A DNA stretch of 64,000 nucleotides. Origin: an uncultured Planctomycetota bacterium (GTDB lineage Bacteria; Planctomycetota; Phycisphaerae; Tepidisphaerales; Tepidisphaeraceae). Shown piece by piece: positions 49,587 to 60,355 of the stretch; the stretch's first letter is position 1; each line of letters opens with the position of its first letter. Where the stretch lies: assembly GCA_963841915.1 (NCBI GenBank), contig CAWJEN010000005.1, forward strand, positions 512,001 through 576,000, written 5' to 3'. The notes beneath the pieces are model-generated. The model ran no database searches. It was not told the origin of the DNA and worked only from the letters and a program-made list of their open reading frames with translations. Both the position numbers and the translations under genes were made by a program.

Positions 49587-50727
49587 GTGCCGACGCGTCA
49601 CTGGCTCACGCTCTCGATGACGCCGCGGCTCGGCCCTGTGCGCGGGCGGCAACTCGTCGAGGCCGCCGGTTCGTCGCACGCGGCCGCCGACGGCCAGCAA
49701 CTCGGCAGCGTCAAAGGCATCGGCAAGGACAAGATCGCCGACCTCGCCCGCGACCTCCGCACGGCCGCGGGCAAAGCCGACCGAGAACTCGAGCGGGCAG
49801 ACCGGCTGGGCCTGACGCTCATCTCGCCCGACGACGACCTGTGGCCGCCGTCACTGATCGGCCTGAGCGACGCGCCGCTGGTGCTATGGGTGTGGGGCGA
49901 CCTGCAGCCCCGCGACCTGCACGCCATCAGCATCGTCGGTAGCCGAAAGCCGACCGTCTACGGCCGCGAACAGGCGCGGCGGTTCGCCGGTGGCTTTGCC
50001 ATGGCCGGTGCAACGATTGTCAGCGGCGGTGCGTACGGCGTCGACACGCACGCACACCGCGGCGCACTCGACGCCACCAATGGCCGAACGATCGTCGTAC
50101 TCGGCAGCGGGTGCGACCGGGCGTATCCGGAGGAGAACGAAGCGTTGTTTGCCGAAGTCGCCGACGGTCGCGGGGCGATCATGAGCGAGCTGCCGCCGGG
50201 GACGAGCCCGAGGCGAGAGCACTTTCCGCGACGCAACCGCATCATCAGCGGCCTGAGTCGCGGCGTCTCTGGTTGTCGAGGCGGCTGCCCGAAGCGGTGC
50301 GCTCATCACGGCACGCGTTGCCGCCGATGATCATGGCCGGCCTGTCTTTGCCTTGCCCGGTCGCGTCGACAACGACATGGCCGCAGGTCCGCTTGCATTG
50401 CTTAAGGATGGTGCACATTTGGCTTTGTCACCGGCCGACGTGCTGGCCCAGCTCGGCCCGCTGACCGCCGCCGCCGTCGACCCGTCGCCGTCGCCCAAGA
50501 CGCTGTTCGAGCCGGCCGAGTCGAAGGCCAAGCCCGCCGTCGCGGTGGCGGCGAACGACGACGAGGCCAAGCTGCTTGACGAACTCGGCGACGGCCCGCT
50601 CGGTGCCGACGAGCTTTGCGACCGCACCGGCTTGCCTGCCGCGACCGTCACCAGCCGCCTGACGCTCATGAGCCTCCGCGGCCTCGCCCGCCGCGTCGGC
50701 GGCAACCGGTACGAGCGTGTGGTGTAG
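49587..50727 (+). pseudogene. dprA: DNA-processing protein DprA with a single +1 frameshift at ~50268
   Basis: IVGSRKPT.YG, IVSGGAYGVD, FPRRNRIISGLSRGV, then one extra T, then LVVEAAARSGALITA..FALPGRVD and a C-terminal winged helix. Confidence 0.85.
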
Positions 50728-50729
50728 CG

Positions 50730-51230
50730 TTGCGGGTGCCCCTGCCTGTCGAGTTCGTCGCCGTCTATGTCGTACGGGAGTGCGACGGGCGGCACGAGGC
50801 GTTGCAGCTCAAGCGGTCGATCGGTCGCTACCTCGGGGGCCAATGGTCTTTTGCGGGCGGACATGTCGAGGCCGGTGAGTCGCCGCAGCGGGCGGCGGTG
50901 CGTGAGTTGCAGGAGGAGACGGGTGTCGCAGCGAGCGACATGCGGGTGATGACGCATTTGTCGAGCGTCGAGACCGTCTTTTCCCCGACATTCGGAGGCG
51001 TGGTGCTGCGGGCGGGATTCTGCTGCGTCGTCGGGGCCGATACGGTGGTGAAGCTGAACGACGAGCACACCGACACCCGATGGATCGGCAGGAGCGACTT
51101 TGCCCGCTGCGTCCTGTGGCCCGGCGAACGGGCGGCGTTGGCGGAGATCTGGCGGGAACACCTGCGGCCGTCGCCAGCGCTCCACCTGCGGCAGCTCGAC
51201 CCGGCCGACCCTGATCGCGCACAATGCTGA
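50730..51230 (+). CDS. NUDIX hydrolase
   Basis: Nudix box GGHVEAGESPQRAAVRELQEETG; LNDEH. Confidence 0.88.
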   Translation: MRVPLPVEFVAVYVVRECDGRHEALQLKRSIGRYLGGQWSFAGGHVEAGESPQRAAVRELQEETGVAASDMRVMTHLSSVETVFSPTFGGVVLRAGFCCVVGADTVVKLNDEHTDTRWIGRSDFARCVLWPGERAALAEIWREHLRPSPALHLRQLDPADPDRAQC

Positions 51231-52870
51231 TGCCCATGCAAGCCGACGAAGCCACCGCCACCAACGCGACCACCACCGAGGCGGCTACCCACGCCTACCC
51301 GAGTCACCTCACCGGTGAGTCGCTGCGCCTCGCGGCCATCGATGTCGGCAGCAACTCGATCCACATGGTTGTCGCCCAGATCGACCCCGACGGCGGCGTC
51401 ACGACGCTGTGGCGGATGAAGGAATACACCGGCCTCGGTAGGGCAACGTTCCCGAAGCGTCGCCTGTCGAAGGAATCCATTGATCGGGCGCTGGCGTCGC
51501 TGGCCCGGTTCAAGCACGCCGCCCAGAGCAAGTCGGCGGAAAAGATCGTCGCCGTCGCCACGAGTGCCGTCCGCGAGGCGGCCAACGGCGGCGAACTCAT
51601 CGACCGGGCCTGGGCAGAACATCGCATTCGAGTTCGCCTTGTCGACGCACGCGAAGAGGCTCGGCTCATCTACCTCGGGGCACGACACGGCGGCTCGTTT
51701 GGTGACTCACCCGACGTGCCCGGCCTGCTTCTCGACATCGGCGGCGGTAGCGCGGAAGTGATCGTCGGCACGAACGAGCGGGCGATGATTCTGGAGAGCT
51801 ACAAGCTCGGCGCCGCCCGCATGACGGCCCGCTTCATCAAGAGCGATCCACCGACGAAGGAAGAAGTCGAGAGGCTTCGCAGGCACTACCAGAGCGAGCT
51901 GACGCCACTGATCGAGAGCAGCGTCGAGCAGCTTCAGCCCAAGCGATTTGCCGGTACGAGCGGCACGTTGGAGAACGTCGCGGCCATGTGTTGCCCGACG
52001 CTGGCCGAAGGCGAGACGCCACACATCGCGAAGAAGCCGCTCGACAAGCTGGCCAAGTCGCTGCTGAAAATGGATGCCGACGCCCGTGCCGAGGTGCCGG
52101 GACTCGACGCGCAGCGACGAACACAGATCGTGGCCGGTGTGGTGCTGGCTCAGGAGGTCATGAACCTCGTCAAGCCGCTGGGCCTCGACCGCATTGAAAT
52201 TTGCGGCAGCGCGCTTCGCGAGGGCATTCTGGTGGATTACGTCGAACGCAAGCTGCCCAAGATGCAGATCCGTCGCGACGTGCCCGACCCGAGACGGCGG
52301 AGCGTGCTCGATTTGTGCCGCCGCAGCGCCTGGCACAAGGACCACTCGCAGCAGGTCACGTTCCTGGCGATGCGGCTGTTCGACGAGTTGCAGGGCACGC
52401 ACGGCCTCGGACCGATCGACCGGGAGCTTGTCGAGTACGCCAGCCTCATGCACGACATCGGCTGGCACATCGGTGGCAAAGGGCACCACAAGCACAGCGC
52501 CTACCTCATCCGCCACGGCCGCCTCAAAAGCTTCACCGAGGAAGAGGTCGAGGTGCTCGCCCTCATCGCCCGGTACCACCGCAAGGCCACGCCAACTAAA
52601 AAGCACGACGAGTACAAGCAGCTCTCCTCACGAGCACGCAAGACAGTCGACTATGGCGCTGCCATTCTGCGGGTCGCCGACGGTCTCGACCGCAGCCACA
52701 GCAGCGTCGTCCGCGACCTCTCGGCCAGACTGCACGGCAAGCCGGACAAGAAGATCATCGTCACGCTACAGGTTAAGGGTGACGCGCAGCTGGAGCTCTA
52801 CGGCGCTACACGGAAGGCCGAGTGGTTCAGCGAGGTATTCGGGCGGCCTTTGGAGTTGAAGGTGAAGTAG
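51224..52870 (+). CDS. ppx: Ppx/GppA exopolyphosphatase with HD domain
   Basis: AAIDVGSNS, ATSAVREA, DIGGGSAE, LREG, LMHDIG..HHKHS, LRVADGLD. Confidence 0.9.
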   Translation: MLMPMQADEATATNATTTEAATHAYPSHLTGESLRLAAIDVGSNSIHMVVAQIDPDGGVTTLWRMKEYTGLGRATFPKRRLSKESIDRALASLARFKHAAQSKSAEKIVAVATSAVREAANGGELIDRAWAEHRIRVRLVDAREEARLIYLGARHGGSFGDSPDVPGLLLDIGGGSAEVIVGTNERAMILESYKLGAARMTARFIKSDPPTKEEVERLRRHYQSELTPLIESSVEQLQPKRFAGTSGTLENVAAMCCPTLAEGETPHIAKKPLDKLAKSLLKMDADARAEVPGLDAQRRTQIVAGVVLAQEVMNLVKPLGLDRIEICGSALREGILVDYVERKLPKMQIRRDVPDPRRRSVLDLCRRSAWHKDHSQQVTFLAMRLFDELQGTHGLGPIDRELVEYASLMHDIGWHIGGKGHHKHSAYLIRHGRLKSFTEEEVEVLALIARYHRKATPTKKHDEYKQLSSRARKTVDYGAAILRVADGLDRSHSSVVRDLSARLHGKPDKKIIVTLQVKGDAQLELYGATRKAEWFSEVFGRPLELKVK

Positions 52871-52921
52871 TCGTCCGCCCCAGTCACACTAGAAAGATTG
52901 CCCTGCGGCTACCGTCAGGTC

Positions 52922-54013
52922 ATGAGCGACGACAGCGAACTCCGGGCAGGCGTCATCGGGGTCGGCATCGGGCAGATGCACATCGATGCTTACACCAAAG
53001 CTACTGGCGTTCGCGTGACGGCAATCTGCGACATGGACGAGGCGCGTCTCCACGAGGCGGCTGACAAGTGGAACATCGACAAGCGGTTCACCGACACCGC
53101 CGCCCTGTACGAAAGCGGCGAGTGCGACCTCGTCAGCGTCTGCACGCCCAATGCCTACCACGCGTTGCTCAGCATCGAGGCGATGCACAAGGGATTGCAC
53201 GTTCTTTGCGAAAAGCCGATGGCCATGAACACGGCTGAGGCGCAGTCGATGATTGCTGCCAGCAACGAGACGGGCAAGACGCTCGGCATCCACTTCAATC
53301 ACCGCATGCAACCGCACGTAGCGGCGCTCAAGGCCTATGCAGATGCGGGCGATCTCGGCGACGTCTACTTCGGCCGCACGACCTGGCACCGCCGGCGCGG
53401 CATTCCTGGTCGAGCGGGCTTCGTTTCTAAGAAACAAGCGGGCGGCGGGGCGATGATCGACCTCGGCGTTCACCAGCTCGACCAACTGCTCTACGTCATG
53501 GGGCACCCGAACATCACGTCGCTGACGGCCCAGGTCTATACAAAGTTTGCAAGCGTCGACGTGCCGGCACTGGAGATGGACGTCGACGACTTTTCGGTTG
53601 CCTTTGTTCGCTTCGACAATGGTGCAACGGCCGAGATGGAAATCAGCTGGGCCAGTCATCACCACCACGCCGAGCACCGCGTGCTGCAGGTCTATGGCAC
53701 CGATGGCGGGGCTCGGCGTGAACTCATCGACTACAACGGCGGGCCCAACGACCTGACGATCTACCAGAGGCGGCACGGCGGCCTGACGGATGAACGCGTG
53801 ACACAACCCGCCGACGTGCCGACCGTGCAGCAGGACTTCGTCGACGCCATTCGCGAGGAACGCCAGCCGCTCTGCACGGCGCAGCACGGCTTGACGACCA
53901 TGATGATTCTCGACGCCCTCTACAAAAGCAGCGAAACCGGGAAAGAGATCATCTTCTCGGAAATGTTTGCCGATGGACCCGTCGCCGAAGCCAGCGGCAC
54001 GACACCGGCCTGA
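52922..54013 (+). CDS. Gfo/Idh/MocA oxidoreductase
   Basis: GVIGVG, CTPNAYH, HVLCEKPMA, GGGAMIDLGVHQLD. Confidence 0.92.
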   Translation: MSDDSELRAGVIGVGIGQMHIDAYTKATGVRVTAICDMDEARLHEAADKWNIDKRFTDTAALYESGECDLVSVCTPNAYHALLSIEAMHKGLHVLCEKPMAMNTAEAQSMIAASNETGKTLGIHFNHRMQPHVAALKAYADAGDLGDVYFGRTTWHRRRGIPGRAGFVSKKQAGGGAMIDLGVHQLDQLLYVMGHPNITSLTAQVYTKFASVDVPALEMDVDDFSVAFVRFDNGATAEMEISWASHHHHAEHRVLQVYGTDGGARRELIDYNGGPNDLTIYQRRHGGLTDERVTQPADVPTVQQDFVDAIREERQPLCTAQHGLTTMMILDALYKSSETGKEIIFSEMFADGPVAEASGTTPA

Positions 54014-54141
54014 GCAGGTGCTTCATCTGTTTTGCAGAAGCCGTTGTCATTGCAGCGGCCATCAACCTTGTGCGATCCGGCTTGGCAACATTAAGATAGG
54101 ACTACTCGATACGCCAACCCGCTCCGCAAGACGATCAGTTC

Positions 54142-55011
54142 ATGCCGCTCGACGCTTTTATCTCGTATTCCTCGAAGGACCAGACCGTTGCCGACATGGC
54201 ATGTGCCAAGCTCGAGGAAGCGGGCATTCGATGCTGGATCGCCCACCGCGACGAAATTCCCGGCTCGACCTGGGCAGGTGGCATCGTCAAGGCCATTGAG
54301 GCATCGAAGATCGTCGTCCTCGTGCTGTCGCAGCATTCGAACTTATCGCCGCAGGTGCTCAAAGAGCTGTCCGTTGCCGCCAATCATGAATTGACGGTGG
54401 TGCCGTTCAAGATCGACTCGGCGTCGCCGACGGGTGAGATGGCATACCACTTCCAGAATGTGCACTGGCTCGATGCCGTAACGCCGCCGGTGCAAAAGCA
54501 CCTGGACCGGCTGGTCGACGTCGTGCAACGACTCATCGGCGGCGATGAAGTTGCGCCGCCGCCGCCCGCGGCGACTCCGCCCGCACCTGCGAAACGCTCA
54601 CGACTCCGCTGGGCCGTACCGGCGGCGCTGGCACTGGCCGTCGTGGCGGTGGCGATGCTGGTGCCTGCGACGTGTCATCGAGATAATGCAGAACCACAGC
54701 TCGCCACGCCGCCAATAACGACGCCGGAACCGGTCATCGCAACACTTCCGCGACTGCGCGAAAGTGTGCTGCAGGACGGTAACGTGCGGCTTATCTACCA
54801 CATCGATGCCACCGAACATCGCGATGATCTCATTGAAATCGTCGGCCGCCACCTCACCGGCGACGTTGCGGCGGCGTTGGAGGCTGAAGGATTCCCGCGT
54901 GGCGACGCGGCACGGGCGACGAAAGCACGGGTGGCAATCTGGCCACTCGACGGTGACCGAAGCCTGGCCGCCTATGACGTACCGCTACCGACCCCAGAAG
55001 CGGGCCGGTAG
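54142..55011 (+). CDS. Single-pass membrane TIR-domain protein
   Basis: AFISYSSKD, GIRCWIAHRD.IPG..W...I..AIE.S, SPQVLKEL; Pro linker; TM WAVPAALALAVVAVAMLV. Confidence 0.87.
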   Translation: MPLDAFISYSSKDQTVADMACAKLEEAGIRCWIAHRDEIPGSTWAGGIVKAIEASKIVVLVLSQHSNLSPQVLKELSVAANHELTVVPFKIDSASPTGEMAYHFQNVHWLDAVTPPVQKHLDRLVDVVQRLIGGDEVAPPPPAATPPAPAKRSRLRWAVPAALALAVVAVAMLVPATCHRDNAEPQLATPPITTPEPVIATLPRLRESVLQDGNVRLIYHIDATEHRDDLIEIVGRHLTGDVAAALEAEGFPRGDAARATKARVAIWPLDGDRSLAAYDVPLPTPEAGR

Positions 55012-55040
55012 CGGTGTATCTGCTGTATTGAGTGCCTTGA

Positions 55041-56324
55041 CTACTTCACAATCTTGTCGGCCAACGCGCCCGCCGAATCCCACATCGCCTCGGCGTAACT
55101 GAGATTCTGCGACGTAGCCAATCCGATCCAGACCGGACGGAACGTCTTGATGTCGATGACGCGAATGCTCAAGGCCCCTTGAAAGGCCTGAACTTTCTGC
55201 TCCCCATCGATCCGGTCACCGATGACGTCCGACGGACTTTCGTACAACGTGACGCCTTCACCTTGCACGGGTGCAGGACGGGACAACGGTTCGGAATAGC
55301 CGGAAGCGGCATTGAGCTGGCGGGCCATCTCGGGCAGCCCGGCCAACATGTTGGCGTAGGGCGATCTGGTTGAGTCGACCATGCTCTGACCCTCCTCGTA
55401 TGCCCCGACAAGTTGGCGACGCTCGATCTCCTGCTGCTCGCTCATTTGTCGCACAGGCTCGATGCTCTCGACCTTTTGTGCGATGAATTCCGGTGTACCG
55501 GAAATGCCACCAAAGGCTTTCTCGCCCTTGTAGGTGAAGTTGCGATTGCGGATGTCTTCGCTGACGTATTGCAACAGCAGACGGTCGTACGCCTCGACGG
55601 CGGTGTTGTAGGCGGCTACGTCTTGGACGTACGCATTGCGTCCGCTCACATAAGTGTCCCATTCGTCGCTTGCGACCTCGAATGGAACTGTGATGTCGAC
55701 CGGATTGCTCGGCACCTCGACCTGGTGAACAACCACGATGTACTCGAACGGCCCGGCCTCGCCGCCCTCGATGGCGGCCAACTCTTCGTCGGTGAAAGCG
55801 ATCAGCCCCTGCTGCCCACCGGCGGCCTGCTTGTCGTTAAGCTCGTCTCGCTTGACGCTGCGGTAATCGCGGTCGACGGTCTCAATGCCACGCTTGTCGA
55901 GCTCGAACAAGAGAAGGTCACTGACGAATTGACCGGCTGACGAAGACCCGACCAACTGGTCGCTGCCCATCACGGCGACGCGTGCGCCTTGCTCGAGAAA
56001 GGCCGTCTCGGTGCCGCGGAACTTAGCTGGCTGATTGGCGATGGCTTCGGCGGCAACCAGCGTCGGCCGCGGCGGGACAGGCGGAACCGGCTTCATCGGG
56101 ACCGCCAATCGGGCATCGACAAGCTGATCCAGCTCGATCGGATCCGCCGGTTGCGTCGACGGCGGCCGCGTGGGCAGGCCTGTTGCCTGTAGCGGAAGCG
56201 AATCGCGACCAGGTCCCGGTCCCGGTCCCGGCGGAAACGTATTTATCGGTAAGCAGCCGACGAGCATTGCAGCAGGGACGGCGAGTGAAATGGCGATGCA
56301 GGTACGTAAGGCTATACTGGACAT
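55041..56324 (-). CDS. Lipoprotein, possibly CsgG/HfaB-like fold with a large insertion
   Basis: Lipobox LVGC; RVAVM...ELDKRGIETVDR and LSIRVIDIKTFRPVW resemble CsgG-like termini. Confidence 0.55.
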   Translation of the reverse strand: MSSIALRTCIAISLAVPAAMLVGCLPINTFPPGPGPGPGRDSLPLQATGLPTRPPSTQPADPIELDQLVDARLAVPMKPVPPVPPRPTLVAAEAIANQPAKFRGTETAFLEQGARVAVMGSDQLVGSSSAGQFVSDLLLFELDKRGIETVDRDYRSVKRDELNDKQAAGGQQGLIAFTDEELAAIEGGEAGPFEYIVVVHQVEVPSNPVDITVPFEVASDEWDTYVSGRNAYVQDVAAYNTAVEAYDRLLLQYVSEDIRNRNFTYKGEKAFGGISGTPEFIAQKVESIEPVRQMSEQQEIERRQLVGAYEEGQSMVDSTRSPYANMLAGLPEMARQLNAASGYSEPLSRPAPVQGEGVTLYESPSDVIGDRIDGEQKVQAFQGALSIRVIDIKTFRPVWIGLATSQNLSYAEAMWDSAGALADKIVK

Positions 56325-56437
56325 AGGATTGATCCGGACAATGAAGAAGCTCTGCCACGCGAGTGCGTGGCCTTGCAGCAACATACTGATGGCTGCCAGC
56401 ATTGTAAAAACGCTCGCCTTCTAAAGCCAAGCCGCGA

Positions 56438-57967
56438 TCATCCGCGTCTGCGGACCAACAAGACGCCGGCAACGCCGAGCGGCGAGAGTGACGTCGGCTC
56501 CGGAATCGTCGCCCGCCATGCGTCAAGCGTCGACAAGGCTGCCGACGACTGCCCGAAGCGCGCACGCAGTATCGCAAAGTCGAGCACGTTGACGGTGCCG
56601 TCAAGATTGAAGTCGGCGTTGTCAAAGGTCGCGCCTGCTTTGAGGCCGAAATTCTGCCGTAGCACTGCAAAGTCGAGCAGGTTGACTGTCCCGTTGCCGT
56701 CGGCATCCCCGGCGAGTCGATGCCGAAGATCGACCTGATCGATCCAGACGGCTCCGCCCTGGCCGCTGGGCTGCACGAACTGGAACATCACTTGTGCCGA
56801 CGCAGCGCCAGCCGGCGCGAGCATCGCAAAGCCCGCATCCGACCAAACGTCTTGCAGCACCAGGCCGTCTGCGACGACGGTCTGCTCGTTCCCGATCACG
56901 ACGCCGCTTGCGTCGGTAAAGGTCAACGTCATGCGGACGATGTTGTCACTGCCGACGATCGAATCACCGGCGTTGACGCGGACTTTCGTCGACAGAAAGT
57001 ATGCGTCTCCCGCCTGTGCCGCGACGGCATCGTGGATGAGCTGCGTGTTGTCGTATCCGAACATCTTCATCGCCTGGCCACCGTCACCTTCTGCGGCGGT
57101 GAATTCAGGCGGGCCACCTGCGGTCTGCTGGTGCAAAAACGTGTTGCCGCTCAGCGTCCAGTCGACGCTGCCTTCCTCGAAATTACCGTTAGGCAGAAGG
57201 GCGTCGCCGCGGATCTCAACGGGGCGATAGATCCGGACGTGGTCGATATCGAACGTCTGCGGAAAAACAGTCGAGCCGTCCGGATTACCGTCGAACCAGC
57301 CGCCGACGGCGGTGTTCAAGATCAGGTTCATCGGCGTGCTGGAGATCGGCGCCCGCTCGTCAGTCACACGGAAGTGCTCCCTGCCGTCCACGAAGAAGCG
57401 AATCTCTTCTGCCTCCCACTCCACGGCGTACGTGTGGAACTCATCTGGCCACGCGGTGCCGATGTCGTGCTGCTGGGTCACGTAGTTACTCGGGCCGCCC
57501 GCGTTGTCGCCCCAGTGGTACGCGCTGCTGACCACGTTGGGCTTGGAGCCGCCGTGCTCCATGATGTCGATTTCACCACCAGTCGGCCAATCAACGTCTG
57601 TCGGCAGGAGCCAGATGGCTGGCCAGATCCCCTTGGTCGTCGGAATCTTGGCCCGCACTTCCACGCGACCGAACTGGATCTGGCGATCTGACCAGACGAG
57701 CCCGCTGCGATACGCCTTGCCATCGAACGGCTCATCGGTCGCGGTGATCTGCAGGTTACCGTCGACCTGGCTGACCTGATCCGCAAGGTAGTACTGAAGC
57801 TCGTTGTTGAAGCTGTTTCGGCGGGTCTTCACGTCCCACAGGGCATCATCAATAGTCGTGCCGTCGAATTCGTCACTCCAGTCAAGCGCGTATCCAGGCG
57901 GAGCGGCGACGGCGGGACTTGCTCCGACAACAGCGAAGAAAACGGTGGCGGTGGAAAGACTTCTCAT
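56438..57967 (-). CDS. GH16 glycoside hydrolase (laminarinase-like) with CBM-like module, dockerin and PEP-CTERM
   Basis: WSDEFDG, GIWPAIWLL, catalytic GEIDIME, FHTYAVEW; GDADGNGTVN..DF / DFNLDGTVN..DF; IPEPT..TM..RRRG. Confidence 0.9.
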   Translation of the reverse strand: MRSLSTATVFFAVVGASPAVAAPPGYALDWSDEFDGTTIDDALWDVKTRRNSFNNELQYYLADQVSQVDGNLQITATDEPFDGKAYRSGLVWSDRQIQFGRVEVRAKIPTTKGIWPAIWLLPTDVDWPTGGEIDIMEHGGSKPNVVSSAYHWGDNAGGPSNYVTQQHDIGTAWPDEFHTYAVEWEAEEIRFFVDGREHFRVTDERAPISSTPMNLILNTAVGGWFDGNPDGSTVFPQTFDIDHVRIYRPVEIRGDALLPNGNFEEGSVDWTLSGNTFLHQQTAGGPPEFTAAEGDGGQAMKMFGYDNTQLIHDAVAAQAGDAYFLSTKVRVNAGDSIVGSDNIVRMTLTFTDASGVVIGNEQTVVADGLVLQDVWSDAGFAMLAPAGAASAQVMFQFVQPSGQGGAVWIDQVDLRHRLAGDADGNGTVNLLDFAVLRQNFGLKAGATFDNADFNLDGTVNVLDFAILRARFGQSSAALSTLDAWRATIPEPTSLSPLGVAGVLLVRRRG

Positions 57968-57981
57968 GCGACTGCTAGAGA

Positions 57982-57996
57982 CTGTAACTGTTACAG
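57982..57996. promoter_or_regulatory. Candidate LacI-type operator
   Basis: Perfect palindrome CTGTAAC-T-GTTACAG about 15 bp upstream of the GH16 start. Confidence 0.5.
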
Positions 57997-58056
57997 CTCG
58001 TCTTGCCAAAGGGTTCGGCAGGGTCGGCAGCTATTGGTCGGGGCGTATCTTCCTCC

Positions 58057-59472
58057 ATGGGATCAAGCTCCGCTCCTGCTGTGTCTGTTCGTGCCGCACT
58101 CGACGGCGGGTCGAACGTCGACCAGGCCGTCATGTTGCAAGGCTGGGTCCGCACCCGCCGCGACTCCAAGGCCGGCCTGTCGTTCATCAACCTGCACGAC
58201 GGCTCGTGCTTCGATCCGATCCAGGTCGTCGCCCAGAACGACCTGCCGAACTACGCCGACGTCGTCCAGCACCTCACCGCCGGCTGTGCGATCAGTGTCA
58301 CGGGCACGCTCGTCGAGTCGCAGGGCAAGGGCCAGTCGTACGAAGTGCAGGCCGAGTCGGTCGAACTCGTCGGGGCGGTCGACGATCCCGACACGTACCC
58401 CGTCTCGGCCAAGCGGCACACGCTCGAGTATCTGCGCGAGGTCGCCCACCTCCGCCCACGGACGAACACCATCGGAGCCGTCGCCCGTGTGCGGCACACG
58501 CTCTCGCAAGCGGTCCATCGCTTCTTCGACGAGGAGGGTTACTACTGGATCCACACGCCGATCATCACGACGAGCGACGCCGAAGGGGCCGGGCAGATGT
58601 TCCGCGTCAGCACGCTCGACGCGGCCAACCTGCCGAAGGACGACGCCGGGAACGTCGACTTCAAGAAGGACTTCTTCGGCAAGCCCGCCCACCTGACCGT
58701 CAGCGGCCAGCTCAACGTCGAGGCCTACTGCCTGGCCCTCAGCAAGGTCTACACGTTCGGCCCGACGTTCCGGGCCGAGAACAGCAACACGCCCCGCCAC
58801 CTGGCCGAGTTCTGGATGATCGAGCCGGAGCTCGCCTTCGCCGACCTGAACGACGACGCGAACCTCGCGGAGAAGTTCCTCAAGGCGATCTTCAAAACGC
58901 TCCTCGAAGAGCGAGGCGACGACATGCAGTTCTTCGCCGACCGCATCGACAAAGAAGCGATCACGCGGCTGGAGTCGTTCGTCGAGAGCAGCTTCGAGCG
59001 GATGACCTACACCGACGCCATCACCGTTCTCAAGAACAGCAACCAGAAGTTCGAGTTCCCCGTCGAGTGGGGCGTCGACCTGCAGACCGAGCACGAACGG
59101 TACCTGACCGAAAAGCACTGCAAGCGCCCGGTCGTCGTGACGGATTATCCGAAGGACATCAAGGCCTTCTACATGCGGATGAACGACGACGGCAAGACCG
59201 TCGCCGCCATGGACGTGCTGGCCCCCGGCATCGGCGAAATCATCGGCGGCAGCCAACGCGAAGAACGCCTCGACGTGCTCGACCGCCGCATGACGGAGAT
59301 CGGCATCGAGCGGGAAAGCTACGAGTGGTACCGCGACCTCCGCCGCTACGGCACCGTCCCCCACGCCGGCTTCGGCCTCGGCTTCGAGCGGACGATCATG
59401 TACGCCACCGGCATGGAAAACGTCCGCGACGTCATCCCCTTCCCCCGCGTGCCGGGGAATGCGGCGTACTGA
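58057..59472 (+). CDS. asnS: Asparagine--tRNA ligase
   Basis: [64 protein letters not shown]. Confidence 0.97.
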   Translation: MGSSSAPAVSVRAALDGGSNVDQAVMLQGWVRTRRDSKAGLSFINLHDGSCFDPIQVVAQNDLPNYADVVQHLTAGCAISVTGTLVESQGKGQSYEVQAESVELVGAVDDPDTYPVSAKRHTLEYLREVAHLRPRTNTIGAVARVRHTLSQAVHRFFDEEGYYWIHTPIITTSDAEGAGQMFRVSTLDAANLPKDDAGNVDFKKDFFGKPAHLTVSGQLNVEAYCLALSKVYTFGPTFRAENSNTPRHLAEFWMIEPELAFADLNDDANLAEKFLKAIFKTLLEERGDDMQFFADRIDKEAITRLESFVESSFERMTYTDAITVLKNSNQKFEFPVEWGVDLQTEHERYLTEKHCKRPVVVTDYPKDIKAFYMRMNDDGKTVAAMDVLAPGIGEIIGGSQREERLDVLDRRMTEIGIERESYEWYRDLRRYGTVPHAGFGLGFERTIMYATGMENVRDVIPFPRVPGNAAY

Positions 59473-59501
59473 AACACCTGCCTGTGACGAACGTCTTTTA
59501 A

Positions 59502-59521
59502 AGCTCGCGACCCCTTTATCT
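59502..59521. repeat. REP-like repeat, left form
   Basis: AGCTCGCGACCCCTTTATCT. Confidence 0.82.
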
Positions 59522-59593
59522 CGCGCGGGAGCGTCGCCCAAGCGCGACCGCAGACTAGTAAGTAGGCTGTGTTTCAGCTGCTAGGCTGATGAG

Positions 59594-60355
59594 ATGCAGG
59601 AGCCGACGCCCATCATCGACTACGAGTCAGGCGAGCGACCGGACGCGCCCAGTAAGCCGCGAAAGCCAATGGATCCGCTGGCCATGGCGTCGCTCATCTT
59701 CGGCCTTCTATCGCCGATATTCTGCCTCGCAATAGACGTCGCAGGATTGGGTGCGTTCGCCGTATCCGCGGTGTTTGCAATCGTCGCTACCGTGACGGGC
59801 ATCGCCTCAACTCTCAGGAGCTACGGCATTCGGCGGATACGCGTCGCGCGAAGAACCCCGCGTTACTCTGGTGGCCAGGCCGCACGGGCTGGTCTCCTTC
59901 TCGGCCTGACCGCGATCGGCGTTGCCTTCCTGATGCCGTCCCTCGGTCGGGCTCGCGAGTCGGCGAACCGCGTGAAGTGCGCGAGCAATCTTCGTCAGAT
60001 TGGGCAGGCCGTCCGCCGATATGGGATGGACTACGGCCCACCACCGAATGTCGACACGCTCCTCGCAGAAAGCGACCTTGTCGCTGACGTCTTCCTGTGT
60101 CCGAGTGACGCGAGTGTTCGCAAGAACAGCCAGTCGCTAACCGCCGGCGTCAACTCGAGCTACCACGTCTTCTCGCTCGACTCGGAGGGTCAACCATCGA
60201 CAGCTGTGCTAGCCGTGTGCGACCCTCTAAATCACCTTCCAAAAGACGGTGTCAGGACCTACGGTGGCAACGTCCTCTTCGCCGACGGCAGCGTGAAATT
60301 CGTAGAAGACGACGCCTTCCTTGCCGTTGTGACCGCATCGCTCGGAGAGCGGTAG
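59594..60355 (+). CDS. DUF4190 + DUF1559/H-X9-DG-type planctomycete membrane protein
   Basis: LAMASLIFGLLS...ARAGLLLG; LMPSLGRARESANRVKCASNLRQIG; H...GGNVLFADGSV. Confidence 0.85.
   Translation: MQEPTPIIDYESGERPDAPSKPRKPMDPLAMASLIFGLLSPIFCLAIDVAGLGAFAVSAVFAIVATVTGIASTLRSYGIRRIRVARRTPRYSGGQAARAGLLLGLTAIGVAFLMPSLGRARESANRVKCASNLRQIGQAVRRYGMDYGPPPNVDTLLAESDLVADVFLCPSDASVRKNSQSLTAGVNSSYHVFSLDSEGQPSTAVLAVCDPLNHLPKDGVRTYGGNVLFADGSVKFVEDDAFLAVVTASLGER

Noticed and set aside
57804..59541. Long alternative-frame and antisense ORFs over asnS, and similarly over nusA, nadE, groEL, tyrS/metH and AI-2E
   Set aside because: Shadow ORFs are expected from high GC3 codon bias; they have no motifs of their own.
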